Origin: the human T2T-CHM13v2.0 reference genome, Homo sapiens
Length of the DNA: 64,000 nucleotides
Assembly (NCBI RefSeq): GCF_009914755.1
Contig: NC_060928.1
Direction: 5' to 3' (one strand)
Part shown: positions 1 to 20,769 of the stretch, piece by piece
Numbering within the stretch: the first letter of the stretch is position 1
How the letters are laid out: each line of letters begins with the position of its first letter
Made by a program: the position numbers and the translations under genes
The notes under the pieces: model-generated
Database searches by the model: none
What the model was told of the DNA's origin: nothing
Seen by the model: the letters and a program-made list of their open reading frames with translations, nothing else

Positions 1-445
1 AATCAGATGATATCTCAGGCCCCTCAATCCCTTCTCCCTGCATGCCAGCTAAACTGGTCTTTTCATTTCCTAGAAGTCCAACTTCGTTTCTGCCTCAGGA
101 TCCTTTTACACACTGTTTCCTATGTCTGGAAGCTGCCACACTGACTTTTTTCCACCAAGCTAATCCTAAACATCCTTCAAATCTTAGCTTAAGTGTCATT
201 TTCTCAAAGAGGCAACTCACAACCTCTCCAATGTAATAATGTGTCCCCACTTTTACATTCTCTCTTAGAATTCTTAACCACATATTTAGACATAGTTTGT
301 GTATTTGTGGAACACCTACTCCCCTCTTAGACCATTCCCTGAGAGCTAGGATTATACTATTTGCCACTAGTGCCTAGCCTGTACTTGAAACCCGATAGGT
401 ACTCAACAAATACTTGTTGAATAAATAATGAATAAATAATAAATA
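1..445 (+). mobile_element. L2 LINE 3' end fragment
   Basis: Ends in the L2-type terminus 'taggtactcaacaaatacttgttgaataaataatgaataaat'. Confidence 0.7.
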
Positions 446-739
446 AAGTCAAAAAGGTCACTTCAATTTCTCATCTGGGAAAATGGCAATACCATTACCT
501 GATAAAGGGAACACAGGTTTGTGGATAAAGTCACATTCTATCTAAAGCATGTTGAACTTGAAAAAATAATGAAATAGGTCTGACGTGTACAAGTGGAGAC
601 ACTAAATGTGGAACAATCACTTATCCAAAAGAATAAATGTAACATTAATGAAAAAGAATGAGGAAAAAATGAAGCCAGTTGAAAGCAGAACAGAGAATAC
701 CTCTGTTTAACAGGAAAAAGAAAACAAAGACAAGAGATT

Positions 740-2320
<1,581 letters not shown>

Positions 2321-2346
2321 AGTATTTCTGAGAGCAGCCCCTATGA

Positions 2347-2681
<335 letters not shown>

Positions 2682-2754
2682 TCACCTCCCTTTTAGTGTA
2701 GACTGAATTGAAAGACTTGATTCTAGGAATAGAATTCAGCTGAATACCTTGTTC

Positions 2755-3225
2755 CTAGCATCATTATTCACAACAGCCAAAATGTGCAAAGAACTCAAAT
2801 ATCAGTTGATGGATGGATAAAATGTGGTATGTAAATACAATGGAATATTATTCAGCCTTAAAAAAGAATGAAATTCTAACACGTACTATAACATGAATGA
2901 CCTTGAAGACATTATCCTGGGTGAAAAAAGCCAGTCACAAAAGGATAAATACTGTAACTGCATGATTCCACTTATGAGGTACCTAGAGGGGTCAAACTCT
3001 TGGGAAAGTAGAATGGTGGTTGTCAGGGGCTGGGCAAAGAAGACGATGGGGAGTTATTTAATGGGTATAGAGTTTCATTTTGTAAAGATGAGAAAGTTCT
3101 GGAGATGCATGATAGTGATAATTGCACAACAATGTGAATGTATGTAATGCCACTGAATTGTACACTTAAAATAGTTAAAATGTTAAGTTTACATTATGCA
3201 CACTTTAGCACAATAATTTTTTTAA
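2755..3225 (+). mobile_element. L1MB 3' end fragment
   Basis: 'tggaatattattcagccttaaaaaagaatgaaattct...gccactgaattgtacacttaaaatagttaaaatg'. Confidence 0.8.
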
Positions 3226-3779
3226 AAGGATGCAGCAAGTGTGATGGGCTCCCACTCTAAGAATAAGTTACAGAAAGAGCTTGGTTTCCATCTTGGATGC
3301 CCTCTCTCCCTTGCTCTGAACTAACAACCAGCTGCCCATGTTGTTAGCTGCCCTATGGAAGGGTCAAGGAATTGGCCTCTGGCCAACAGACAGAAAGAAC
3401 CTGAGACCTGTTAATAATCACATGAGTGAGCTTGAAAGCACCCCCAGAAGGCTGTTCCTTTGTGCCTCTTTTACTTGAGTTGTGGGATGATTGCAGCCCC
3501 AGAAGATACTTGGATTGCTGCTTTATGAGAGACTCTGAGCCAAAAGCACCCAGCTAAGCTGCACCCCAAAGAAACTGACTCACAGCAACCATGAGACAAT
3601 AATGTCACTGTGTTAAGCCACTAAGTTTCAGGGTAGTTTGTTACACAGTAATAGATAATAATATATATAGTAATTTGACTAAACATTGCTAAGAGAATGT
3701 GCTAAGTCCAAAACAATATTGCAAATTCTTTTTCATTTTTTAATTATTTTTATTTGCATCATGATTTTTTTATAATATG

Positions 3780-4125
3780 AATGTGCAGAAGTGCAAATTC
3801 TATTTCTGAGTATATACCCAAGGAAAAAAAGTACACAGATCTGCCCAAAGATATGTACAAGAGTGTTCATAGCAATTTTATCATTACTTTTTTAAAAGGT
3901 CTTAAGGATACATCCTGAAATACTTATAAATAAGATACATGATGTCTAGAATTTGCTTTAAAATAACACAGGAGTGAGAGAAAAGTTGGTGGGGAATAGC
4001 TAAACAATTTGGGCATGACTTGATAATTACTGAATCTGAGTCTGAATACAAAGCAATTGGTTACACCAGTCTGTTTACTTCTGCATATGTTTCTCATTTT
4101 CCATAATAAAAACTTTAAATAAATA
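3780..4125 (+). mobile_element. Old L1M (MC/MD/ME) 3' fragments
   Basis: 'gagtatatacccaagg...gtgttcatagcaattt'; ends 'tttccataataaaaacttt'. Confidence 0.5.
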
Positions 4126-4365
4126 AGACAAAAAGTTTATTTTACAGACACTAGAAAAAAAAAATCCTGAAATAAAAAGAAGATCCTCTTTCCAAGACCT
4201 TAGAAAAGAAACTGTTCCAGGTAATAATGAGGTCTAAGGCAAGAAGTGATTGAAGTGAGAAGTAAGAGAACTTTGAGGCTCCAGTTCTGGTGAACTAATG
4301 CTGACTTTAGCTACCTGCCAAAGAATCACACCCTTCTCCCAAATTTGTTTCAAAAAGTATCTGTA

Positions 4366-5778
<1,413 letters not shown>

Positions 5779-6199
5779 CTAGGTATCTGTGTTTTTATAA
5801 AGGGTCCCAGAATTAGAATCACTGATCTAAGATGTAGTGACCCTGGAAAATTGCTAACATGAAAATAATGGATGCTAGACACGTTAAGGAAGCATAATGA
5901 GAGCCACTAATATGATATTGGAGTGGACAGAAAGAGACGGTCTGAGTGAAATGAAGGAAAGTCCTCAAGGTCAGTAGGAGAGAAGGATAAGAATGTGGAA
6001 AGAAAGAGAATAAAAGAAAGACACCAACTTCAAAACAGAAAGATTAACTGAAAAATGTTCTGACAGTGGAGATCTTATTCTTGCCCCACAATTCAACAAA
6101 AATAGATCTAAAGTATCTCTATCAGATAGGTTAGGGAAGAAAACATAGCCTCAAAAAAAACCAAAAATCTATCAATTTGTTCATTATAGTTCATAAAGT

Positions 6200-6350
6200 G
6201 TTGGGATTATGAAACCACCAAAAATCCTTACCAATCATTTAGTCTAATTCACCCATTTCAGACGAGAAAACTGCGTCTACCAAGGCTAATTAACTGGCAT
6301 TCTAGAAAACTATGCAATTAATGATTAGAACTAGAGCTAAAATGTACCCC
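6200..6350 (-). mobile_element. MIR fragment
   Basis: 'cccatttcagacgagaaaactg...caagg' MIR core-like. Confidence 0.45.
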
Positions 6351-7076
6351 AATTTTCACTCTATCTGCCTTTCATCTTTATCTAATACCACATTTTCCAT
6401 TTGGTAACTTACTTCTCTATTATGCTAAATGTCATTATATATTTTCATTCTTAAACAGTAGGCATTGGTCGACTGGCTCAAAATGAGCCTATTTTAATCA
6501 TTTTCTTTTAAAGGTCTCCCATTTCTGCTCAATTTTACTCTTCCCTCACTACCCCTATGTGTTCTGAGTAAATATCAGAGTTGCCTAGAAAACTTGTTGG
6601 CTAACTGACATCTATGCTTCCAAAAAAAAGTCAGAATATGAAAAGGCACACATAGTGCTATGCTATAAAAAGAAGAGCTGGCATTGCACACCTCTCTTAT
6701 CATTTCCATGAATGTATACATAATTTACAATTGCCAGGAAGTAGGAGGATATTCTTCAACAAATGGGCTGAAAATCCCTAAATAGGTAAGACAGTAACAA
6801 GATAAACTATCTCAGCCTTACAATAAGGGACTATAGAGTACAAATAAGGCACATAAAGTGCACAGGCATAGTTGTTCACATGTGTTTATATTCTTCATAA
6901 ACATGCATGTTCTGTGCACAGAATGTAATATGTAAAAAATGTTTTGAGGTCTTGAAAAATCTGATGTTTTTCCACTTTTAGATTTGATTTAGAAAAATCA
7001 GCAAAAAGTGCAGGTATTAACTCATATATAAAAAAGGAAAGAAGGCATAGAAAAGAGGAAATATACATGTCCTTAC

Positions 7077-7256
7077 CACTTAGAAATGGTTGTTGAGGCA
7101 CAGAGTTTGTAGAAAAGACACCAAGTTTGGAAAGGATCCATCTAGAAGCTTTTTTGATCTGGAGCTTGTACTTTACAGGCACTCGAGTGGGCACACTGGT
7201 ACAAAGCAGTAGTGAGTGAGTCACCGTGTGTGAAGCAGAATATGGAATGTTCTAGG
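7077..7256 (-). other. Candidate internal exon (180 nt; probably 5'UTR or non-coding) of an unidentified minus-strand gene
   Basis: Minus strand reads atttcctattttttaatcttccag|CCTAGAAC...CTAAGTG|gtaagg: polypyrimidine tract plus CAG acceptor and GTAAG donor in non-repeat sequence; all three frames contain a stop from this acceptor. Confidence 0.65.
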
Positions 7257-7631
7257 CTGGAAGATTAAAAAATAGGAAATATGGTCATCACTAACAGCCA
7301 TGCTTACAACATGTTAACATTTTAGCAGCTTCCGTATATCACTAATCAAAAGTCTGCAAGTTCCTCAAAGGTTAAACATCATCCAGTAATTCCACACCCA
7401 GGTATATACTCCAGAGAAATGAAAACATACCCACACAAAAATATGTATACAAATGTTCATAGCAGCATTATTTGTAATGGTCAAAAGGCAGAAACAACCT
7501 AAATGTCATCAATTGATGAACAGATAAATAAAATGTGGTATACCCACAATGGAATATTACCTTGCCATGAAAAGGAATAAAGTACTGATACATGCTACAA
7601 CATGGATGAATCCTAAAAAAAACATTATGCT

Positions 7632-8668
7632 GGGGGGAGGAGCCAAGATGGCCGAATAGGAACAGCTCCGGTCTACAGCTCCCAGCGGGAGCGACGCAGA
7701 AGACGGGTGATTTCTGCATTTCCATCTGAGGTACTGGGTTCATCTCACTAGGAGTGCCAGACAGTGGGCGCAGGTCAGTGGGTGCAGCGCACCGTGCGCG
7801 AGCCGAAGCAGGATGAGGCATTGCCTCACTCGGGAAGCGCAAGGGGTCAGGGAGTTCCCTTTCCTAATCAAAGAAAGGGGTGACAGATGGCACCTGGAAA
7901 ATCAGGTCACTCCCACTCAAATACTGCGCTTTTCCAACGGGCTTAAAAAACGGCGCACCAGGAGATTATATCCTGCACATGGCTCAGAGGGTCCTACGAC
8001 CACGGAGTCTCACTGATTGCTAGCACAGCAGTCTGAGATCAAACTGCAAGGTGGCAGCGAGGCTAGGGGAGGGGCGCCCACCATTGCCCAGGCTTGCTTA
8101 GGTAAACAAAGCAGCCGGGAAGCTCGAACTGGGTGGAGCCCACCACAGCTCAAGGAGGCCTGCCTGCCTCTGTAGACTCCACCTCTGGGGGCAGGGCACA
8201 GACAAACAAAAAGACAGCAGTAACCTCTGCAGACTTAAATGTCCCTGTCTGACAGCTTTGAAGAGAGCAGTGGTTCTCCCAGCATGCAGCTGGAGATCTG
8301 AGAATGGGCAGACTGCCTCCTCAAGTGGGTCCCTGACCCCTGACCCCCCGAGCAGTCTAACTGGGAGGCACTGCCCAGTAGGGGCAGACTGACACCTCAC
8401 ACAGCCGGGTACTCCTCTGAGAAAAAACTTCCAGAGGAACGATCAGACAGCAGCATTTGCGGTTCACGAAAAACCGCTGCTCTGCAAACACCGCTGCTAA
8501 TACCCAGGCAAACAGGGTCTGGAGTGGACCTTTAGCAAACTCCAACAGACCTGCAGCTGAGGGTCCTGTCTGTTAGAAGGAAAACTAACAAACAGAAAGG
8601 ACATCCACACCAAAAACCCATCTGTGCATCACCATCATCAAAGACCAAAAGTAGATAAAACCACAAAG
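7632..8668. promoter_or_regulatory. L1 5'UTR with sense and antisense promoters
   Basis: YY1 site 'caagatggcc' near the 5' end; CpG-enriched; 1037 nt to the ORF1 ATG. Confidence 0.8.
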
Positions 8669-9696
8669 ATGGGGAAAAAACAGAGCAGAAAAACTGGAAA
8701 CTCTAAAAAGCAGGGCACCTCTCCTCCTCCAACGGAACGCAGTTCCTCACCAGCAATGGAACAAAGCTGGGCAGAGAATGACTTTGACGAGTTGAGAGAA
8801 GAAGGCTTCAGACGATCAAACTACTCCGAGATACAGGAGGAAATTCAAACCAAAGGCAAAGAAGTTAAAAACTTTGAAAAAAATTTAGAGGAATGTATAA
8901 CTAGAATAACCAATACAGAGAAGTGCTTAAAGGAGCTGATGGAGCTGAAAGCCAAGGCTCGAGAACTACATGAAGAATGCAGAAGCCTCAAGAGCCGATG
9001 CGATCAACTGGAAGAAAGGGTATCAGCGATGGAAGATGAAATGAAAGAAATGAAGCGAGAAGGGAAGTTTAGAGAAAAAAGAATAAAAAGAAATGAACAA
9101 AGCCTCCAAGAAATATGGCACTGTGTGAAAAGACCAAATCTACGTCTGATTGGTGTACCTGAAAGTGATGGGGAGAATGGAATCAAGTTGGAAAACACTC
9201 TGCAGGATATTGTCCAGGAGAACCTCCCCAATCTAGCAAGGCAGGCCAACATTCAGATTCAGGAAATGCAGAGAACACCACAAAGATACTCCTCGAGAAG
9301 AGCAACTCCAAGACAACTCCAAGACACGTAATTGTCAGATTCACCAAAGTTGAAATGAAGGAAAAAATGTTAAGGGCAGCCAGAGACAAAGGTCGGGTTA
9401 CCCACAAAGGGAAGCCCATCAGACTAACAGCGGATCTCTCAGCAGAAACTCTACAAGCCAGAAGAGAGTGGGGGCCAATATTCAACATTTTTAAAGAAAA
9501 GAATTTTCAACCCAGAATTTCATATCCAGCCAAACTAAGCTTCATAAGTGAAGGAGAAATAAAATACTTTACAGACAAGCAAATGCTGAGAGATTCTGTC
9601 ACCACCAGGCCTGCCCTAGAAGAGCTCCTGAAGGAAACACTAAACATGGAAAGGAACGACCGGTACCAGCCGCTGCAAAATCATGCCAAAATGTAA
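8669..9696 (+). pseudogene. L1 ORF1p, frameshifted
   Basis: MGKKQSRKTGNSK...QPLQNHAKM; 11-bp tandem duplication actccaagaca (9305-9326) breaks the frame. Confidence 0.95.
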
Positions 9697-9759
9697 AGAC
9701 CATCGAGACTAGGAAGAAACTGCATCAACTAACAAGCAAAATAACCAGCTAACATCATA

Positions 9760-13625
<3,866 letters not shown>

Positions 13626-14106
13626 ACAACGAGAACATATGGACACAGGAAGGGGAACATCACACTCTGGGGACTGTTGTGGGGTGGGGGGAGGGGGGAG
13701 GGATAGCACTGGAAGATATACCTAATGGTAGATGACGAGTTAGTGGGTGCAGTGCACCAGCATGGCACATGTATACATATGTAACTAACCTGCACATTGT
13801 GCACATGTACCCTAAAACTTAAAGTATAATAATAAAAAAAAACAAAAAAACATTATGCTAACTGAAAGAAGCCACTCACAAAAGGCCACGTAGTATATGA
13901 TTCCATTTATATGAAATGTCCATAATAGACAAATCTAACAAAGAGAAACCACGTAAGTGGTTGCCTAGGGCCAGGAGACAAAAGATAGGTGGTGACTATT
14001 AATGGGTACAGGGTTTCTTTCAGAGGGTGATGAAAATGTTCTCAAAATCTATTATAGTAATGGTTTTGCAATTCTGTGAATATAAAAAAGGCTCTAATTG
14101 TACACT

Positions 14107-14398
14107 TTATTTATTTGAAAAGGGGTTTGACTCTGTCACCTAGGCTGGAGTGCAATGACGCAATTATAGCTCACTGCAGCCTCAAACTCCTGTGTTCAAG
14201 CAATCCTCCTGCCTCAGCCTCCAGGGTACCTAGAAGTGCAGGAGCATGCCACCATGTCTGACTAATTTTTTTAATTTTTTGTAGAGATGGGGTCTTGTTG
14301 TGTTGCCCAGACCAGTCTCTATTTCCTGGCCTCAAGTGTTCCTCCTCCCTCACCTTCCAAAGTACTGGGATTTCAGGCATGAGCTATCACGCATGGCC
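14107..14398 (-). mobile_element. AluJ
   Basis: 'atagctcactgcagcctcaaactcctg...aagcaatcctcc'. Confidence 0.9.
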
Positions 14399-15519
14399 TT
14401 AAGTTGTACATTTTCAATTGGTGACTTGCACGGCATGTGAATTATATCTCAATAAAGCTGCTACTTTTTAAAAACTACAGTCTATAACTTCCTAACTACT
14501 AACCAATATCTGACATATTATTCTACATCACCTTATAACTCCATATAATGAGAAAAGCATTGAATTCAGTGATAAAACCAGATTACTGGCAATCCTAAAA
14601 CCGTAGACAAGCAACAAGTTCTGAGCTTCAATTTCCTTGTAGGGGAAAGGGGAGTCCTCTCTGGTACACCATCTTATTTTTATCCCAATAACAGAGTTGC
14701 ATCCTAGAGTAAATTGTGTTTATTCTAAAATCAGTTTATGTCTGTTGTATTTACTATAATTACATAGTTTAGTTGCATATTACATCAAAAATGAGTGCAA
14801 AAACAAAATGCTTTGTCTCTAAACATTAAATCATGTAATTTAATTAAGGCAAGCCACTTTAAAAACATTTTAAAGAAAATGTCTTGGCTATACATCAAAA
14901 GACTGGTGAAATATAAGCATTCATACACGTATAAATATTTAAGGTATGTATCTTTCTTTCTCATTTTAAACAAATATTCTATTTAGCCAACCCAACTGCA
15001 GGTATATTATATAGCCAATATTGTTTAAGAGAACTTCTACTCTATACGTTAGTTGTATAAAAGATGAACATAAGTACACTACTATTATTCCATGTCACAC
15101 TCTAAAGTGTGAAAATTGACCCTATTAAATTTGAATTCTCTCTTACAGAGGTTGAGACTTGTCTACTCTTCAAGTCCCCAGGCCCACTACAGTCCCATAC
15201 TCTCTACAGACACCTTCAACTGCTTAAACTGAAAAAGGTTGCCCAATGTCAACCCTTCAAATTCAAGACTGCTAAAGTCCCTCCTTCTTGTGCTCATAGG
15301 CTCTATGTGTGAAGCATTTTTTTTCACATATCTCTCAGAATCCTCCCTTTTCAAAGCTAATCCTACATCTGACCTACCTATTCAGGTGACCATTATGCTC
15401 CCCCAACACACAAAAAAAGTATTACTTACACTCATGCTCCATAGACTCCTCCCTTCCACTTCATTTCCACTTACATTTGTGCTTCTCCCTTCTCACCTCT
15501 CAACTTACTCCTGAACTAT

Positions 15520-16140
15520 CAGCCATTTGCACTCTGACCCCAACTACTTTCTAATGACTGCAAAAGAATTCCGAGTGGTCACTCTAACTGATCTTTGGCC
15601 TCCCCTCTCTCACTACTCCAATGCATCTCAGATATTGCTTCCTAGCGCATAACTCTGATCACAAAACCCCCAGGCTTGGTAATTCAATGGTGTCTCCCAG
15701 TGCCTACAGAAAACAGTTCAGGAATTCATTAACCTCATCAAGATTCTAATGGAAGAGACTAAACTGCCAGCCCATCTCCTGAATGTTATCCAGACTTCAG
15801 TCAGGCTGAACTCTTTGCTCTGTGCAAATGTATCCCATGCCTTCCTACACACAGATCTAACGCATGCCTTATTCCATGTGGAATGCCCTCCCTTCGTTTC
15901 TATGTATTGAAATTCCTCTAAAATCATTTTTAAAGTAGAAAGTCACTTACCACTCAGAGCCTCACGTTTCTCAACTATAAAATGAGAATAACACCTTCAA
16001 GGCTGCTATATAAAGATGACAAACCATTATTAGTATCAAGTATTGTTAAGCATAAACTTAGAATAATTGCTGGTAGATAATACTCAACAAATGTTATTAC
16101 TCTTGTTCACTAAAGACAATTAAGTGCCCAATAAATATAT
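15520..16140 (+). mobile_element. Degenerate L2 and MIR fragments
   Basis: 'cagagcctcacgtttctcaactataaaatgagaataa' (MIR) and L2-like pyrimidine-rich sequence. Confidence 0.5.
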
Positions 16141-16427
16141 TATAAATTGACAAAACAAAACAACAGAAATATCTTTTCCAGCCACACTGTGCTCTTTGCT
16201 CACCAATCAACTGTTTAAGGTTTGACACCTCTGGAAGTTAAGATGATAAAAATTCCTAATAACGTTTTCATTTTGTGGGACTCTCACATAGATTCATGAT
16301 GCAAGAACAACCACCCTCTATTTCCTGATTTTGTCAGGAACAACTTGATTCACTGATATCTACCAAAATGGGAAGAGTGGAGCAAGGTAATAATTTTATC
16401 ACTGACTTTTTAAAAAATTGCACTAAA

Positions 16428-16721
<294 letters not shown>

Positions 16722-16724
16722 TCA

Positions 16725-17365
<641 letters not shown>

Positions 17366-17940
17366 ATTTACTGTTTCCGTAAGAACTCCAAAACCACACA
17401 GGGACACAGTTTAAACATACTCTAGCTAAGATAGATTCTATGGCACTACACCATAGATTTGGAACACTCAAATTACAGAAAGAAAGGGAAAGGGAAAATA
17501 GCAGTACTTGATAATTAGGTATGTTGCCAGTTACTCTGCTAGGTGCATTTCACACAGAACTTATTAAGTCCAAACAGCTCTAAGGAGGTAGATGATTATC
17601 ATTCCCAACTGACAAACGAGAAAAAGGTCCAGAAGAATATACAATAATAGCAAGTAGGCCTCCCATGTCACTATCCTATTTCCATTTTGTTTTCATTATA
17701 GAACTCATCACTATCTAACATATGCTTGGTTTTATATACTTATTTAATTCCTTATTACCTTTCTCCCTAACTAGAACGTAAACACCTATGGCCATTGTAT
17801 CCTCTAACCAGCCCAGAATCAGAGAGGTAGAGAGTGGAGGGGCAGGAATGGGGAAGTACAAAACAAGTAATGTTATAAGGAAAATGTGCCACATGTGCAC
17901 ACTATATGTAGATTTTTTTTTTTTTTTAATGGTTGAGATT

Positions 17941-18075
17941 GGCTGGGCATGGTGGCTCACACCTGTAATCCTAGTACTTTGGGAGGCCAAGGCAGGATCA
18001 CTTAAGCCCAAGAGTTTGAGACCAGCCTGGCAACATAGGGAGACCCCATCTCTATAAGAAGTAAAATAAATTAAA
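17941..18075 (+). mobile_element. FLAM / Alu left monomer
   Basis: Single monomer followed by an A-rich tail. Confidence 0.85.
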
Positions 18076-18213
18076 AAATAAAAGGTGGAAGTCATTACAC
18101 TAGTGGAAGGGTCACATTTTTACAACAAAATTGTGTCTATGATATACACAGCTTAAAACTTGAACATCTTATCATCTCTAGCTGTTCTGAGATTCTTGCT
18201 TCCATACATACAC

Positions 18214-18498
18214 TTGAGATGGAGTCTCACTCTGTCGCCCAGGCTGGAGTGCTGTGGCGCGATCATGGCTCACTGCAACTTCTGCCTCCCTGGTTCAAGC
18301 AATTCTCCCTGTCTCAGCCTCCTGAGTAGCTGGAATTACAGGCACCCGCCACCACACCCGGCTAATTTATGTGTTTTAGTACAGATGAGGTTTCACCATG
18401 TTGGCCAGGCTGGTCTTGAACTCCTGACCTTAGGTGATCCACCTGCTTCGGCCTCCCAAAGTGCTGGGATTACAGGTGTGAGCCACTGCACCCAGCCC
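18214..18498 (-). mobile_element. AluS lacking its poly-A tail
   Basis: Begins directly at 'ttgagatggagtctc'. Confidence 0.9.
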
Positions 18499-18707
18499 AT
18501 ATGTACGTTTCTTAGATGCTCAGAAATGGGGAGGCTTTTTTATGGCCAAAGATACATTTAGATGGGTTTTTGTTCTGGTTTTTGGAGTGGGAAGTTGGGT
18601 AAAGCGTAGAAGATAAAATTCCTTGGTCTCCAGTGAGCCCAAATTCTATTATTATATCCTTGTCTTCTATGAATTTTTGTTGTTTTTAATCAAACTTTAC
18701 CCGAGGA

Positions 18708-18743
18708 ATTGTTCTCTGCCTTCTGGCTAAGATCAAGGGTAGT
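18708..18743 (+). pseudogene. 3'-truncated U2 snRNA pseudogene (about 36 nt)
   Basis: attgttctctgccttctggctaagatcaagggtagt vs U2 5' end ATCGCTTCTCGGCCTTTTGGCTAAGATCAAGTGTAGT; flanking near-direct repeats tacccgagga / tgcctgagga. Confidence 0.85.
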
Positions 18744-19615
18744 GCCTGAGGACTTTACTACTAAGGGTGAATTAACAATGGGAAGCAGATACTAAGTTGT
18801 GATAGTCTACTTACACCATAAATATATGCTCACTAGAATAGTAACTATATTTACCAAAATACAGATTTCCTTCCTCTGCTTCAGAATAAAAGTGAATATT
18901 CCTACTACCATGCATTGCTACATTTTCTGTTAACATTTGTTAAAACGTTTTATTAAAACCCAAGAAATTAATGACTGAATACACACTACTGACTTTCTCA
19001 AGCTATATTTTTCCATAATTTATATTAATAGCAACTACCTCTACAATTAGAGAAATCTGAAATGTTATGATGAGAAATCAGGATTTCTAAGGGCTTTCAC
19101 TGAATAAATCCTCACTTGTAACATGTCTACATTTCCCATTAACTTATTGTTTTCATAATTTCTTCTGATCACAGTACAAAAAACGTTAGTAATAAAAGGA
19201 GTACTGTGTTCACAAAATAATGTTATCTTCACTGATGTAACAAAAAGTCAGTGGTTTCCTTTTTGTGGTAAACAATGGGCCTTGGGAAGCACATTCCTTG
19301 TTAAATGTCTTTTACATTTTTTATACACAATTGGTTCAACTTCCTAATAATCACCATTTACCAGAAATGTGAAAGATAAAAATCATCATGATACACAATA
19401 AGACTAAGCAAGCCAAAAGGAGAAAAATAAAAGAAAATTATAATGGCTCACTGAGGACAGTGGAGTAGGAAATACTTCCAGCTTACACCAATTCTCTCTT
19501 AATATTACCTTTTTAAACTGAGAATATCAGTTTCACGGTGACAAAAATCTCACATCTTTTTTTCTCTCCTCCTAAGGGATCATGCCATCAGCAAATTCAA
19601 CTATCCTCCTGGACA

Positions 19616-20001
<386 letters not shown>

Positions 20002-20322
20002 TAACTCTTAATATACCAAAATCTTTGCCTGCTCCCAGTCTTGCTCCTTACTAAACTCCTTACTAAATAATACCATCCTTATTTTAGTTGCTAATGCCAA
20101 AAACCTAGCAGTCACATGTATTTCCTTTCTTTCCTTCACATCCCCACATCTAATCCAACAACAAGTTCTGTCAACCCTATTTTCAAAATACTGTATATCC
20201 TAACTCAGACCATTTATCTCCAAATCCACTGCTGCTACTCTAGACAGAATCACCATTATCTCTGCCCAAACAATTCAAGGAGACTCTTAGCTGATGATAC
20301 TCCTGCATCTCCTCATTTCTCA

Positions 20323-20769
<447 letters not shown>

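Noticed and set aside
6895-7224. 109-aa minus-strand ORF as a standalone gene
   Set aside because: Starts at GTG and runs through a GTAAG donor into T-rich intron-like sequence; no recognisable domain.
13670-13705. G-quadruplex-like G tracts (also near 32380 and 42175)
   Set aside because: Standard polypurine tract of the L1 3'UTR.
18750-19560. Apparently unique AT-rich stretch as a possible exon or conserved element
   Set aside because: No convincing acceptor-donor pair, and conservation cannot be judged from one sequence.
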